This document shows, in pieces, positions 25,476-40,400 of a stretch of DNA of 64,000 nucleotides. Location: assembly GCF_006345805.1 (NCBI RefSeq), contig NC_043001.1, forward strand, positions 2,542,001 through 2,606,000, given 5' to 3'. Numbering within the stretch: position 1 is the first letter of the stretch; the number at the start of each line of letters is the position of its first letter. Made by a program: the position numbers and the translations under genes. The stretch comes from Octopus sinensis (lineage: Eukaryota). Below the pieces are notes generated by a model. It worked only from the letters and a program-made list of their open reading frames with translations, ran no database searches and had not been told where the DNA came from.

Positions 25476-26007
25476 CATCATCATCATTTAACGTATTCCC
25501 TCCACACTGGCATGGGTTTGACAGTTTGACTGGAGCTGATGAGCCAGAGACCCGCACCAGGTTTCAGTCTGATTTGGCATGGTCTCTACAGCTGGATGCC
25601 CTTCCTTATATGAGCCACTCCAGAAATGTAATGACGGCCTTTGCGTGCCACCGGCATTGGTGCCATTTACATTACACCCGCAATGACCACAACAACTATC
25701 CAGGAGCGGGTGCCATTTATATGGCACTGACAACAACCATGAGTACAATTCAAGAGTGGGTGCCATTTACGTGGCACCGGCAATGAACAACCACGACTAT
25801 GGTTCACGAGTGCCATTATATGGTGCTGGCAATGATCCTGACTATGATGCCTGCATGCCATTTAGATGATGCTGGTATGACCACAACTACGGCTTCACTT
25901 CATCTGACCCGTCTTCTCATGCACAGCATATCATCAGAGCTCATGGTCACTTGTCATCACGTCCGTGAGGCCCAACTTTCGAAGATCCTGCTTCACCACC
26001 TTGCCAC
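25476..26007 (-). mobile_element. RTE LINE 3' end: ORF C-terminus, tandem-repeat UTR and (GAT)n tail
   Basis: Minus: GGCAAGGTGGTGAAGCAGGATCTTCGAAAGTTGGGCCTCACGGAC (KVVKQDLRKLGLT), then repeats and tail. Confidence 0.75.
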
Positions 26008-27299
26008 ATACATACACACAGACAGACTAACAAACTCACACACGCATATACATCATATGGTCAGGAAGCAGCCTTCTTACCACACAGCCACACTTGTGCT
26101 TATAACGGACAACTTGTTTGGTTTGAGTTCTTGCAAGCGTTCTTATTTCTTTACTTCATCTCAGTGACCAACCAGCAAGGATCCTTCAAAACTGATCTGC
26201 TTCAAAACAGATTTATATTCAAAAACATCCCAGCCACATGCAGGGCAATGGTTTTATAGGATTGCATTATACAATAATGTGTCCTTCCTTTTTTAAGAGA
26301 GTAAGGTGTGGTTTAAGAGAAATATAGTTGCTGCTTCTAGCATGCAAAGGTTCTTTTCTTGTCTTGTTTTCACAAATGGGGAACGAGTGCTGTGCAAGGT
26401 GGTAGAGGGGCATAAATTATGGGAGCTTGAGGAAGGTTTGTTGAATAAGTGCAGTTTTGGTTAAGGAATGATAGATGTTCCAATGTTAGGGAAAATTCTC
26501 TGAGAGAGAAATCAGAAATTTCTGGGTAATTTAGAAATAGGGACCATCTCTAGTGAATGGTGAAGGGTCTCTTGCTCTTTGGTATTGTAACTGGCGGAAT
26601 TCACCGTTTTTGTCTTTGAATAATGTTGCCTGAAATATACTCTTCTAGAAAAGAGAGATGATGACATGAACCTTTTTTGATCATAGATTGTCCAATTGTG
26701 GCTGACCTGGGGCTAAATAACAACAACAAAAACAAGAGCAGTCATCTCCCTCTGGAGCAATTACTTTTGTGCAGCACAGCTCTGAGTGAATCACTGGAGG
26801 GAAAATTGATCGATTTCTTTGGCAATCAACTGACGTTTCCAGTCAATATTTGCTTGTCTTGCTTTCTTTTGATTGTCGAATAACTGTCCAGAATTACAAA
26901 CAAAAGTAGCCTGTCTTTTAAGTTATAATACGAAAGTAATTGTATCAGAGAATACACAGTGTTCAAGTTTAATCCCAGATCAGCCCTGATAGAGCAGAAC
27001 TATAATCAAAAGAATTCAAGCCATGACCATCTCATTGATTTTTTTTATATTTCTCTCAAGAAAGGTGCAGTGCAGGCATGGCTGTGTGGTAAGAAGTTGC
27101 TTCCCAGCCATGTAGTTTCAGGTTCAGTCCCACTGCGCGGTGCATTGGGCAAGTGTCTCCTACTGGAGCCTCAGGCCGACCAAAACCATGAGTGAATCTA
27201 GTAGATGGAAACTGTAAGAAGCCTGTCATATATACATATATCCCTTCTACCTCTACTTCTGCTCCTCTGAACTAGTTATTTGCATTATTGACATCATCA

Positions 27300-27590
27300 G
27301 GTACACCTGTCTTAATCCTCTCATTTCTCCCCATCCCAATTACTGAGTTGCTGCTCCAAGATCTTCTGCTAAACACTTCAGCCAAGATTCCTCTCCTTAT
27401 CTTGAACTCTGTAAATTCTCTTCCCTGCAGACACGGATATGCAGATGGTGAAATTAAATGCCAAAATCTCACCAATCTTGAAGGCTCTGCAAATGGCAAG
27501 AGCACCATTGGTTCTCTCTTGATTATATTAGAAAAGGAATTCGTTCACCATTCATATTTCCTAAGCCTTCCCATGAAACACTGCATCAAC
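27300..27590 (+). mobile_element. highly decayed APE-type LINE fragment (pre-RT region)
   Basis: GKSTIGSLLIILEK loosely resembles the KS-GPDGIP--VLK motif. Similar decayed pieces at about 26340-26650 and 63060-63390. Confidence 0.3.
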
Positions 27591-28696
27591 AGATGCAGTA
27601 AATGCAATAACAATAGCAACAATGGAAGTTACAATAGCATCGTTAGCAATAATTACATTTATAGATGCAGTATTTAAAAGAATTAGCAACAGCTACATTG
27701 ATGACAGTCACAGTGGCATTGCTTGCAGTAGCTGCATCGATAGCTGCAACAATAGCAACATATATAACAATGGAAATTACAATAGCATCGTTAGTAATGG
27801 CTGCATTGATAGGGGTAATGTCTATGAATATTAGCAACAGTTGCAAGGAAGGGAGTTGCTATAAAATGGTTAGCAATAACTGCTGCATCACCAGACAAAG
27901 GTGTTGGTGAGACTATTGCAAAAGCTGCTGCACCTATTGATGCAGCTGTTCTAATAGTGACAATTTTTTCCCCATTTTTATTTATGGTAGGATATTATGA
28001 CAAAGAAATACCTCATGGTGTTATGGGATTATGAAATTTGTCTTTCATCATTTTTAGCTGAACTGGGGGAGTCGTAAGAGCGTTACATAGACTGCTTCAT
28101 GTTATTTGTGCTGAATCTTCTCATTGTGAGTTCAAATACCATGCAGTTCACCTTTGCCTTTTATTCTTCTTAGAGTCAAATAAGGAAATACAATCTTGGA
28201 GGTGAGGTGGGGGTGCATGGGGAAAACTAGAAGAACATTGAACTGAATGTTTTGTGGGACTTGGTCTTGCTCTTTGCATTCTGAGATTGAATTTTGTCCG
28301 TGCCAACTTGGCTAGTAGAATGAATCCATTGGCCTGGTTTAACATCCCCACCTGGCACCTTGAGTGCATTTCACAGAGTCTGTCCTGCTGCAGCCATTCA
28401 ATCTAGATTTCTTCCCCAAGTCTTGAAATCCCTGTAAACAACCACGGACACCAGCTTCTTTCCTGGTTAAAAGATAACATATCCTTTACTGGTTGATAAA
28501 ATAAGTACCAGTCACATACTTGGGTTGAGCTAATTAAATATACCCATTCCCTAAATCGGAAGACTTATATCCATGTTAGAAATCGGTATTAAAATCTTTC
28601 TTTATTGATCCCTGATCCTGTTGAACATAGTTGTTCTGCTGTAAAGTCTTCTGCACTCATAAATCTTCAACCTAATTTCTTTGAAATTCCTGACAG

Positions 28697-29852
28697 CGTT
28701 GCTGGCAGGGATTGAAACCATTTCAGCTGGTTTGTATTTCCATATCAAATATATTTACATAACGGATCATCATGCTTCCAATAACAATAGCGAGAAACTG
28801 TCGGCAGTATCTTTTTAATTTTATTTACCTGTTCACTTTTAAAATTATAAAATGGTTGGAACAACAAACACAATAGTAAAACTAGCAAAACTGGCAACTT
28901 AACAGAAACAAATAGATTTGGAAACTGTGGGGAAAGAAGAAAAGGGAAAGCGAAGCGAGGAAATGTAGATTGCTCTATGAAGAGTGTTTATGTTTACAGG
29001 CAGAAAGCAATCTTGGAATAGTGAGTCTTTTAGAAGGAAAGTCATTGTTAACTGGTTTCATAAAAGGAATTGCAAGTTCAGTCCGTAAACAAAGCTATTG
29101 TATAAATCTATAGATTTCTAAACATCAAAACAAGAAATGGTATGTTAGTTACATAAAATAAAAAAGAAAATCGTAATTGAAATTATGAAATTAATATCCA
29201 GTGGCTAATTCTTTTAAAATCTATGAATATTAATTATTAGATTCTTTTACTCATAGACATGCCTCATTAAAAGGAGAGATGCATAATGAAAAGTGTATTG
29301 ATAAAATTATAGTGATTTAGTGAAGAGAGGAACGAGGCTGGAAGATGTATGGGTTGGAAAAAGAGTCGAAGAAGAGAAGTAAAAATGTTGAGAATAGCTG
29401 GCTGGGTTTAAGAATGGTAAGTGGGGAAGGGGTGGAAAGTAGGTAGAGGAATAGAAAGAGGAAAATCACGAGACTGGGTCGACAATGAGAATTTGGAAAT
29501 CGGAAGAGGATGACGATAATGTTGTCGAATGACAATTATTGTTACGATATTGCCATGTTATGTCAACATTTCCCTTCACCCTCTCAGTAATTTTCCTGTC
29601 AATTTCGAGATTTCTTCAGATGTACATTATCTAAATTGTTCTAGTTTTGCTTTTGGAACAGTCGGTGATATAATTATCAAGAACCATCAATTGCTTGGTA
29701 TAAATTCTCGATTGCCATAACAGTGTATCCGTGTGTGCTATATCTGCAAAGCTATCAAGGTTCATATTGAGTTGAACAATTTAAATTGATCTGGTTTATG
29801 TGATGAATTGTTCGTGTTTCGATAACAGATTCCAGACTCAGGCAAACAGAGG
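28697..29852 (+). CDS. candidate five-exon cluster: 28697-28806, 29000-29020, 29114-29139, 29588-29697, 29829-29852
   Basis: All AG/GT (donors gtatct, gtgagt, gtatgt, gtataa, gtaatt); splices into one stop-free frame xLLAGIETISAGLYFHIKYIYITDHHASNNNSEKLSA-AESNLGI-ISKHQNKKC-NFPVNFEISSDVHYLNCSSFAFGTVGDIIIKNHQLLD-SRLRQTE. Confidence 0.4.
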
Positions 29853-32800
29853 GTAATTTTATCAGCACTTATGTGCTGCACTGTCTCCTTAGAGTTACAT
29901 TAAACTAAACTTAAATTGCTGTTAATCTACTACTAGCAATACCTGTGGAAATTCAACAGTTATTTTGAAAACTATAAAATTCTGAGAAGTTTATAGAGAA
30001 ACATGAAATCATTAAATATACAATTTCCTTTGAAAATGTATTTTTTCTGGAATGCATGATTCCTCTAATTGGGAAAATTTCACTTAGGTAGTATCTATAA
30101 AAACTATATTTTTTGTTAAACATTTGTCCCTTCGTCTACATTGAGAGTTGATATCATCTTTTTTATTTCTATTTCAACAAGTAAATGTATTCACTTCTAT
30201 ATTTTACATCTATCTGCTACATGGCACGCCACATTGTGGAAAAAGACAACAAAAAGCTCCTGTATGATGGATAGAGAAATGATTCCTAGATATAAGGTGG
30301 AAGAGCAAACATAGAAATAAGTAGTCGTCATCATCATTCATCATCATTTAACGTCCGTTTTCCATGCTAGCATGGGTTGGAAGTTTGTTACTGTCCTTAG
30401 TCTAAGTTTAAATACTGTCCTTTGTCAAGCATAACACCCAACATCTTTCTGGCTTAGAGTAATATGAGAAGCCATGGGAAGTAACATGGTAGAGATGCAG
30501 TCTCAGAGAAAAGGGTCCTCAAGTGGTCAATGACAACACTCAGAAGATGCTGAGCAGAGAAACTTCTGTGAGGTCAGTGACCAAGTTCAAGAATTTAATC
30601 ATGGATCTCACAAATGTTCCAGAAATGTTGGGAACATTTTAAAACCCAGTCACCATTCATATTATTAGCCAATGGACGATTCTCTTGAATCATATTTATC
30701 CAGAATTGTCCATTGCACAGACAACCAAGGGGTTCATTCTACTATTGTGCCAGCTTTGGGCTCATTCTGCAGCAATACCAATTTTGGGCTCAGCATTCAA
30801 AGAATTCAACATTCAAACTAAAATTCTCCATAATTCAAATGCCATCTTAAATGTGTCAATTGTTAATTCTATTTACCAATTATCTGAATTCTAGACATGA
30901 CCAACCATGACATAAAATATGAATATTATATATGTTGAAGAACATCATTTTAACTACAGCAAATTAAGCTTACAATACAATGAGATGGGAAAAGAAGGAT
31001 TCTCTTGTCTGGTTCAGCTTGGAAAAACTCAACAATTGGAGAAGCAGGAAAGGCCCTCATCACTTATTCAATAAAATCTCTAAATAATGGGCAGAAGATT
31101 CTCCAGAAAAAAAAACCCACAAAAAAAGACATAAAACAAATATTCAAAGGAAACCATAGTCATCTTGTGATTCAGCCATTCCAGCTGCAAAAAGGGGTTC
31201 AAGTAAACGATTTTTATAGCAAACTGTCGGCTCTTGTTTAACAAGTCTTGAAACACCGTTTCTAACGTTAATGGAGGCATGAACTTGTAGGGAGACTAAG
31301 ATGATAGCTATAGATTCACTTTCTAACTTTTAACTTAGCAAAATGGTTATTGTTAGATTTCCTCATCAAAAATAATCTTCTCTGCTCAAAAACTAAATTT
31401 CCAAAGAAAAGAGCCAGACTAGGGATACACACCCATCCTAAGAGTGTTGAGTTTTAACTACATCTACAGGAATGAAAGAGGTAAAAGAATGTAATAAAAA
31501 GCAAAATATAATTTCATTTCTTTGATGGAAGATAGTTCTTATTGCATGCCATCTCCAGGATTCTTCATAGTTGCAATACTGTGTGTAATGTCAACAGCAA
31601 TTTGAAAGAAGGAAGAATTGTTAGATACAGAGCACCCTTCAATCATTGGACAATAAACTGTGCTTGCGAAGACCTGTTGAGTCAAGTGAAGTTGTTGTCA
31701 TAGCCAATGACAGTACCACTTGATTGGCACCCATGCCGGTGGCACATAAAGAGCACCATTCGAGCATGACCAATGCCAGTACCACCTGACTGGCCCTCGT
31801 GCCGGTGGCAGGTAAAAAGTGCCCACTACATCATAGTTAAATCTGGTCAGCTGAGAATAATAGAATAGAAAAACTAGATGAGATAAAAGTGTTCCCTTTC
31901 TGAGATGGCAAGAATCTAGTCTGAAATGCTACCTGCAGCAATATTTTCTGCTACTGATGAAATGGACACAAAAACCAGGTTTTGTCCTCCAACAAGAGGT
32001 GAATGACAAACAGTCAAATTACTGGCTCACCTTTGATGGATAATTTTTTTAAGGAATACTACTGGAAATGTCCAATGCCCTTGATCTCAAATCACTTACC
32101 TACTCAATCTGATAGAAATTGTTGTCTCCAAGAATGAGACCCACGAAGTGGAATTGCTCTTTGAGTACATCTTCTTCACCATTCTTTCTATCAACCATTC
32201 ATCATTTTGTCTGCAGGCTCTTTGAAACATTGGCATAACTCACTCTAATATATTCCAACATTGTCATTTAGTATTTCAATATATTCCCATTTTACATGTT
32301 TCTGAAGTCTTTCATCAAACAAAATATTTCAAATAATTCTGTATTATTTTAAAATTTCATTTTAAAAAATTTATTTTTGGTGAATTCTTTAAAACTGACA
32401 CTTTTGAAACACCTGCTACTTCAAGAAGTACAACAAATATTGAATCTGACATATTTGGTGTGAGAGAGACAAATTAAAGGCTTATTGATATTCCGTTTTA
32501 TTCTTTTATGTTTGAGTTCAATTCAGACCAGGTTTAAGTTGCACAGATCAAAAATATAAATATCTGTCTGGTGCTGAAGAAGATTAAATCCCCTAATTTT
32601 CCCACCAAATTTGTGGTTTAATGCTAGTGTTAGTCAATAGTTTTACCTTTAGAGCTAATGTATTCTTGATAAAACTGATATTGTCTTTGAATGTATCAAA
32701 TTTCATTCTTAAGTTTTCTTCAGAATTATTAAGCACATATATTTAATCCATTCCTTATTTCGTTTTAAATTCTCACAACAAGCCGTAACTCAGGCCCTAA

Positions 32801-33298
32801 TTCCATGGACGATTGCTATTGAAGTTCATTGAAATATTGGAAACTTTTCTCTTTTGTCAAGTCAAATGTCAACAAAGAGAAGGTTTGAGAAGAACCAGAA
32901 AGTCATTAAAAGACCATCGAACATCTGTTGTCTGAATGGCAAGAAGTTGGTAAAGAAAGCGGTTGACTGGTTCCTAGTATTTCTGACTCTTCAGCCTCTT
33001 CACAATTACAAGAGATGTGGGAGGACAGAGTGGTTGGCTGAGTGAACATGATGTTGTCTTCATCTGAAGAAGGTTCGGCTTATATCTTGTCAACAACATT
33101 ATGAAGTGACACGTTTAACACAATGAAAGATTTCTGTACTTTAAATCTGTTACATTACTAATATATAAGATATATATTTAGTAGTATACCCGTGTCATCA
33201 GAAAAAACCCAACAGTTTTACTAATGGTAGAAAATGGTGCATCAGCATATTGGGAGAAACCATTGCTAAATGTCAACAATCAAATAAGTATATGTACA

Positions 33299-33895
33299 TC
33301 TTACTATAATGGGTGTTATATCAGTTTGTCTGTCTGCCTGTCTATCTGTCTGTTCCCTCTTCACGGTCAAATGGCTGGACCAATGGTCACAATGTTTTTC
33401 AGGATTACAAAGGAGGTAATCAGGAAGTGTTTTAGAGAAAAAAATAAGTATGATTATTTAGTGGATTTTGAGTTTTGTATTAATAAATCACCTTTGATTG
33501 ATTTTCTTTGTTAAAATTCTGGCAAAGAAGATTAACTCTGGATCCCCCCCCCCACCGCATAGTTTAGAGGGTTTAGATTTGCACTACAATACCTTTATTT
33601 CCCATCTTAGATGGGCAGATTTGCTATCTTATTATAATGGGTGTTATGTCCATCTGTCTATCCGTCTATCCATCTCTTTGTCTGTTCTGTCTTCATAGCC
33701 AGATGCCTGGACCAATGGTTACAACATTTTGGGTGGATTCCAAAGACGGTTGTCAGGAAGGTTTTTAGCATTAAAATGTCAGAAGGTGTGATTATTTTGT
33801 GGATATCGATTTTTGAATTGATAAACCCCATTAAATTTTTACTAAAAAATCACCAACCACGAGTAACCCTGGATTTTCATTGCATAGTTTGTGGC
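33299..33895 (+). mobile_element. possible non-autonomous Helitron-like element with an internal duplication
   Basis: Two diverged copies starting TCTT-(T/A)-ATAATGGGTGTTAT followed by (TCTG)n (about 33299 and 33626); 3' end only loosely hairpin-CTAG-like. Confidence 0.3.
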
Positions 33896-34505
33896 CCCAT
33901 CGTAGATACAAAGGGAGTTGATGGCGAAAATAAAATGGAAAAAGTGTGTGTCAGTAAATAGTGTGTGTGATTATTTAGTAGTTATTGAAGTGGTGTCAGT
34001 CACAAGCAGGATTCGAAATAGTTAATCGAAGTGGTTGTTGTTTACATCTCAGTTTTGTCAACTAAAATAAGCCATGGTACCAGAACATCCAGATATTATT
34101 CACATAAATCAGTGTAAAAATTTTGAAATCACTTAGCGAATTCAATGCCAAGGCATTGTTCAGCCGTTATTAAGAATAAAGGCTACGGCACAAAGTACTA
34201 ATATGTATTTCGATCTTGTTGCTCCTTTTTGCTACAATCTTAAGCTTTAAATAAAATCATAATGATAGGGTATTAAACTAATTTTACTGGTAAATTTGAA
34301 ATGTTTATATTAATTTAGCATTAGAATTCTTCAAGTTGTATAAAAATAGATATTGTCTGCAGCATTCGAAAGAGAAATAAATTCTGCATAAGGTGTAAAA
34401 GATAAAAATAATTTGTATGGTGTTAGTAACAAAATATTTAGTAAAAAATAGAACTTTTATCATCAGTCTTAAATTTATTTTTGCCAGTGCATACATATAT
34501 GTATT

Positions 34506-34538
<33 letters not shown>

Positions 34539-35949
34539 TACACATACATATATAAATATATATATATATTTATATGTGAGTGTGTGTGTATATATATATA
34601 TATATCTACACACACACATACGTCCATAAAAGTCACCTTTGCTGGTTCTGCATCAGCCCACCTGTACTGGTGGAATGTAAAACTCACCCAGCATACTCTG
34701 CGAACTAGTTGCCATAGAAATCTTGCCACAACAGAGACAATTGGAGTGTGGACAGCTCTCAACTGCTCAGCTCCATGGAAAACCGTCCAACCCATGCCAG
34801 CATGAAAATGGATGTTAAATGAGGATGAATTAGAAGAACAGACTGCAAAACAGGGGTTTTTCCTTCTGATGGTCAAAAACATCTTTTATTTACCCTAAAG
34901 AACGGTAAACCTGGAGCTAGAAATGGAGTTATATTTCTTTTCCTTGCAAAGTAACCTTCCCCCACATCATCCCACTTACCTAAGCAGAATTAGTTTGGCT
35001 TATTTTAACTGCAAAAGACGACCAGGATATTCAAGAACCAATTAGGTTCATATTTGCAGTAACTGCAGAGCCACTAAATAGCATTTGTCATGGAAGGAAT
35101 GTGTTGAAAGAAGGGTTGAAGAAGAACAAATGAATTGGTGGGAATATTGAATAACAAAGAGACATTCATAGCAGGATTTCAGCTGAGTCTTGGAGAATGT
35201 GAAGAAATATATTTGTAGAAAGTTTTGCTATAAATAGGTTGCAAAGGTGTCCGTTTGTAGAATTTCTTATAGATGCATATCTCATTAAAATATATCAACA
35301 AATAAATGAAAATAATTATAAGAGTAGCAACAGAGTACCAACAGAGTACCAATAGAGTACCAATAGAGAATGGGTTTCCCAACCATGTGGTTCCAGGTTC
35401 TGTCACACTGCATGCCAACTTGGACAAGTTTCATGTCTTCTACTATAAATCTGAATCAATCAATAATCCAAAGGCTTGTGAATGGATTTATTGATTGGAA
35501 ACTGAAAGAAATCCTTTTACATGTCTCTTGTGATTGTGGCCATTCTGGGGCACCACCTTAAGGAATTTTCATTGAATGAATCAATCTTACAACTTATATT
35601 TTTAAAAGCCTGATATTTATTTTGTCAGTCACTTTTTGACAAACTGCTAAGTTACAGGGACGTAAACAAATAAACATTGGTTGTCAAGTTGTGGCAGGGT
35701 ACAGATAATACACAGAGAGACATATATATATGTGTGTGTGTATATATATATAGTGATCTTCTTTCAGTTTCCATTTACCAAATTTTCAGAAGGCTCTGGT
35801 CAGCCTGAGGTTAATGTAAAAGACACTTGCCCAAAGTGCCCAGCAGGGGGACTGAACCTGCAGCCATTCTTGCTGCATAGCCATGTCTGTGTCTGTCTCT
35901 CTCTCCCTCTCTATATATATATATGTATGTATACATATATATGTGTGTA

Positions 35950-36311
<362 letters not shown>

Positions 36312-37446
36312 GTGTACATATAATCCCCTACCTCCGTCCCTAAATCTATTTGGAAAGATTTCCTCACTCCCTGCTAGTAAGGATTTATTTCATCAGTATG
36401 CAGGATTCCACAACTGTGCCCTACAACATGCTGGATATAAAAACTATTTTGCAATCCATGGATTGTCTTAATGAACGCAGCAGTATTCAACCCCAGTACA
36501 CAACTGGTACTTAATTTATCGACCCTGAAAGGATGAAAGGCAAAGTCAACCTTGCCAGAATTTGAAGATGGACTAAATGTTGCTAAGAATTTTGCTTGGC
36601 ATGCTAAAGATTCTGTCAGCTCCCCACCCTCTGGATGTTTAGTGAAGACAGCAATAATGATGATGATGATGATGGTTTTTCTTTCTTTGTATTAAACGTG
36701 CTTTTAAAATGAAAGTATCTTTTTCTTCTTTCAGTCAATAATATTTTGTTTGAATAAATTTACATAATTAAAACATTTAAAATATTTTAATCAACAGAAT
36801 TCATAGAATTGGCAGCTTCATTCTAGCATCAAACGAAACACCCTGCTGTATTTAGTTTGCCATTTTTCTTTTACTTGTGTCAGTCATTAGACTGTGGCCA
36901 TGCTGGGGCACTGCATCGAAGAATTTTAGTCGAAGGAATCGATCCTAGTACCTATTTTTGAAACTTGGTAGTTATTCTATCAGTCTCATTTGTAAACAGC
37001 TAAGTTATGGAGATGTAAACAAACCACCATAGGTTGTCAAAATGTAGTGGGAAAAAAACACACAAAAATAAACATACACACACACACACACACAAATACA
37101 CACACATACTTATACAATGAGCTTCTTTAAGTCTCCATCTGTTAAATCTACTCAAGACTTTGGCCAGCCAAAGGCTATAATAGAAGACGCTTGCCCAAGG
37201 TACCAAGCAATGGGAGTGAACCTCAAGTCCTGTAGTTGGGAAGCACCATTCTTACCCCATGCCCATACTACTTCCACTGTTTAAGTTTTGAGTTCAAGTC
37301 CCATACAGACTAACTTTGCTTCGCAGTCTTCAATTTTACAGATTGTTTAATATTGTTATAAAACATCCTGGATTTATAATAAAAGAATTCAAAGAATTGC
37401 ATTGGAAATGTGAAGATTATCTCCCTGCCAATGATTCTTATTACAG

Positions 37447-40400
37447 ATGGCTTTTGCTTTCCGAATAGTGGAACAATTAATTAATTTATTAATGATATTA
37501 ATCCTGCTAGGTAGCGGATAACATTACTGTTTGATAATCCTCTTGATAATCCCTCTGCTACAAATATTTAATGAAATGCCAAAGTTAGAAGAAAATTTCG
37601 TTCATAACACTGGATGATTCAAGTTATATGAGGCTTGGCTGAAGAGTTCTTAGGCTGACTAAGATACTCTCATGGAACGTGACTAAATGATGTGTAGTTA
37701 TCAACACAGTCCCCTCTTGCTGTCCACACACTTCTTCTGTCTGTATTGCAGTGTTTAGATCCCATTGGTGAAGAAGCTTTCATCCTGTTGATAAAGAAAC
37801 TCATCAACAGCAGCAGACATGATGTCATCAGCACTGTTGGTCAAAAATGTCCAAAGTGTGGTCAACAGCAGACATGATGTCATCTCACTTGTGACACTTG
37901 TTCCCAGCCAAGTGTTTTGTCATATTAGAGAAAGATGAGCGTCAGATGGGGGCCAAAGCAGGAGAACAGGGAGAGGGGTCAACCAGTTCAAAGCCATAGT
38001 CATGCACAGCAGCAGCTTTTGAAAGTAAGGACTTGTGTGTTGGAGCATTGAGCTGATGAAACAAGACCCTTTCGCCAGTTTTTCTGGGTGTTGGTCTTGA
38101 TAGCCTTTCGTAACTGCTTTGCTAAGTTGGCACAATACTCTCCATTGATGGTGTGGCCCTTTTGAAGACAGTCAATGAACACTATGCCTTTTGCATTCCA
38201 AAACACTGAGGCCATCACTTTCCCTGCAGATGAAAAGATGACTGTGGCCTTCTTTGGAGTAGGTGAGGAGGGGAGTTACCCCTTCATGGATTGTCTCTTT
38301 GTTTCTGGCTCAAAGTTACGTAGCCAACGCTCATCCTGGTTCAGTAAATATTTGAGGAAACCAGTTGGCCCTGCCTCAAGCAATGTCAGATTGTCCCATG
38401 ATGTGATCAGCCCGGTGTGCTTTTGGGGTGGAAGATGTGGTACCTACTGAACAGAAAATCTTCATTGTGCCAAGTTCATTGAGCAGAATATTCTGAACTC
38501 TCCCATAGTATATGCTAACAGCTTTGGCTATTTGGTTTATAGTGAATTGCCTCTCATCCATCACCATGTGGTGAACATGATCAATGTTTTCCTCGGCGGT
38601 GGCAGTTGTAGGATGTCCTGACCTTGGGTCATCTTCAAGACTCTCCCTTCCCCTCCTAAATTCAGCTGCCCACTTTTGCACTTTTGATAAAACTGGAATA
38701 TGATCTGCTAATGTAGCAACCATGTCAGTATGTATGTTCTTGGGTGGAGCTGAACCTTCCTTTCGCGGGTACTCAATAACATCACAATGTCAGATTCTCT
38801 TCCTTTTCACGAGAAGTTGTTACTAGTTAGTTTTGAAGTCTTCTTTGAACGGTCAGATATCAGTTTACATATCTGGAAGGAAACGATGCAGTTACAAATA
38901 AGAAGAGTTGGAATTAATGAATGCAAGATTTCACAACTCCAGCATCACTCTTTTATAGTCAGCCTGTAAATGTTTCAGCCTGCCTTGTAATCAAGATTAA
39001 ACTCCTTTAAAATTATTCATTGCACATCAACCAGACCATCAGATGCTGTTATACACCACTGGTCACAGTGCACTTCCAATTCTGTCTTAGTTGAACCATT
39101 CTTTTCCATCTTGACCCAATCATCTTCCTATCTTCATGTAGGCCTTCCAAATGACCTCTTCCCATTTCTTGGAGATCACTTGGCAACTGCATGAGTCTAC
39201 CTGTTGTCTGGGAACCTGTGACATGTCGGGGCCAAAAGGGCTTCTACTTTCAGTATTCTACAAATCACATCATCGTTCATCCAGCTTTGTTCTCCAATGA
39301 TCTCATTTCATACACAGTTCCTGATTTTGACATAAGGTCAGCAATTTTTTTTTTTGTGGGGAAGAGTAAGTCAGTGCCACAGTCCCCAGTATCTGACTGG
39401 TACTTTGCTCTTATTGACCTTGGAGAGACGAAAAGCAATGCTGACTTCAGTGCGATTTAAACACAGAGCACAAACTGTTAGAACAAATACCAAGAGACAT
39501 TCTCCCCAATGCACTGATGGCTCTGTTAATTAAAGATCTAAGACCAAGTCTATTGTAGAAGACACTTAGCGTGTAGGGAAGTGTACTGGGATTGAACCAG
39601 GAACCATGAAGCTATGATTCAAACACCTTAAACACACAATCATGGCTGTTATAATTATATTCACTTTAATCTTTATCTTACATTTGAATATAATTTTTAT
39701 AAATGTAAAGTAAGGAATAAAGTAAAATTCATACAAGCACGAGCATATGGTTAAGAAAGACACTTCCTGAGTCAATCCTTCTGCAAAGCATCGAGAGTGT
39801 CTTCCCCCCATAGCTTCAGGTTGACCACTATATATTCCTAATAAAACCTTGCAAGCTTCATGGCATGAGACTTAAAAAAAAGAAAGAAAGAAAGACAGAA
39901 AGAAAGAAAGAAAGAAAGAAAGAGAGTAAGAAAGAAGGAAATTCAGAAAATAAATTCATTGCTAAAGTAATAGCTGTAAGCATCTCTTAGAATTCTAATT
40001 TAGTTTGAATTGAAATCAATAAATAGTTGAAGGTACAAAAGTAATAAATATTCAAAGTTTTAAGACATTTAGACTGCATTTGTTGAGGATTCTTAGACTA
40101 AGAGGCAGAATAATGTATTTACTAGAATTGCTAAGAGTTGATTTTATCTTACAGAACTCTAGTGAGATGTCTAGATAACTTTCCACTTTTAATATCTTGA
40201 TAATAATGGTATGAAGTGATGATGTTTTTGGGTAATGCCAACAGAGTTCCAAACATATCTTCTAAAGGCAAATAACTTAGAAACAGAATGAGATACGACA
40301 GAAAATATAAAAATTATGTGAAGTCAAAATTCTTTCTAAATGAAGTTAATTATTGATTTCATCATTTGAGTAAAAAACTTTATTCTAAATTCTTTAACCA

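Noticed and set aside
27600-27900. Ala/Ile/Thr-rich ORFs
   Set aside because: Decayed GCA/AAT-type repeat with a local duplication; frames are interrupted
28807-28816. GTATCTTT resembling a U12-type 5' splice site
   Set aside because: Mismatch to RTATCCTT and no U12 branch point before the next acceptor
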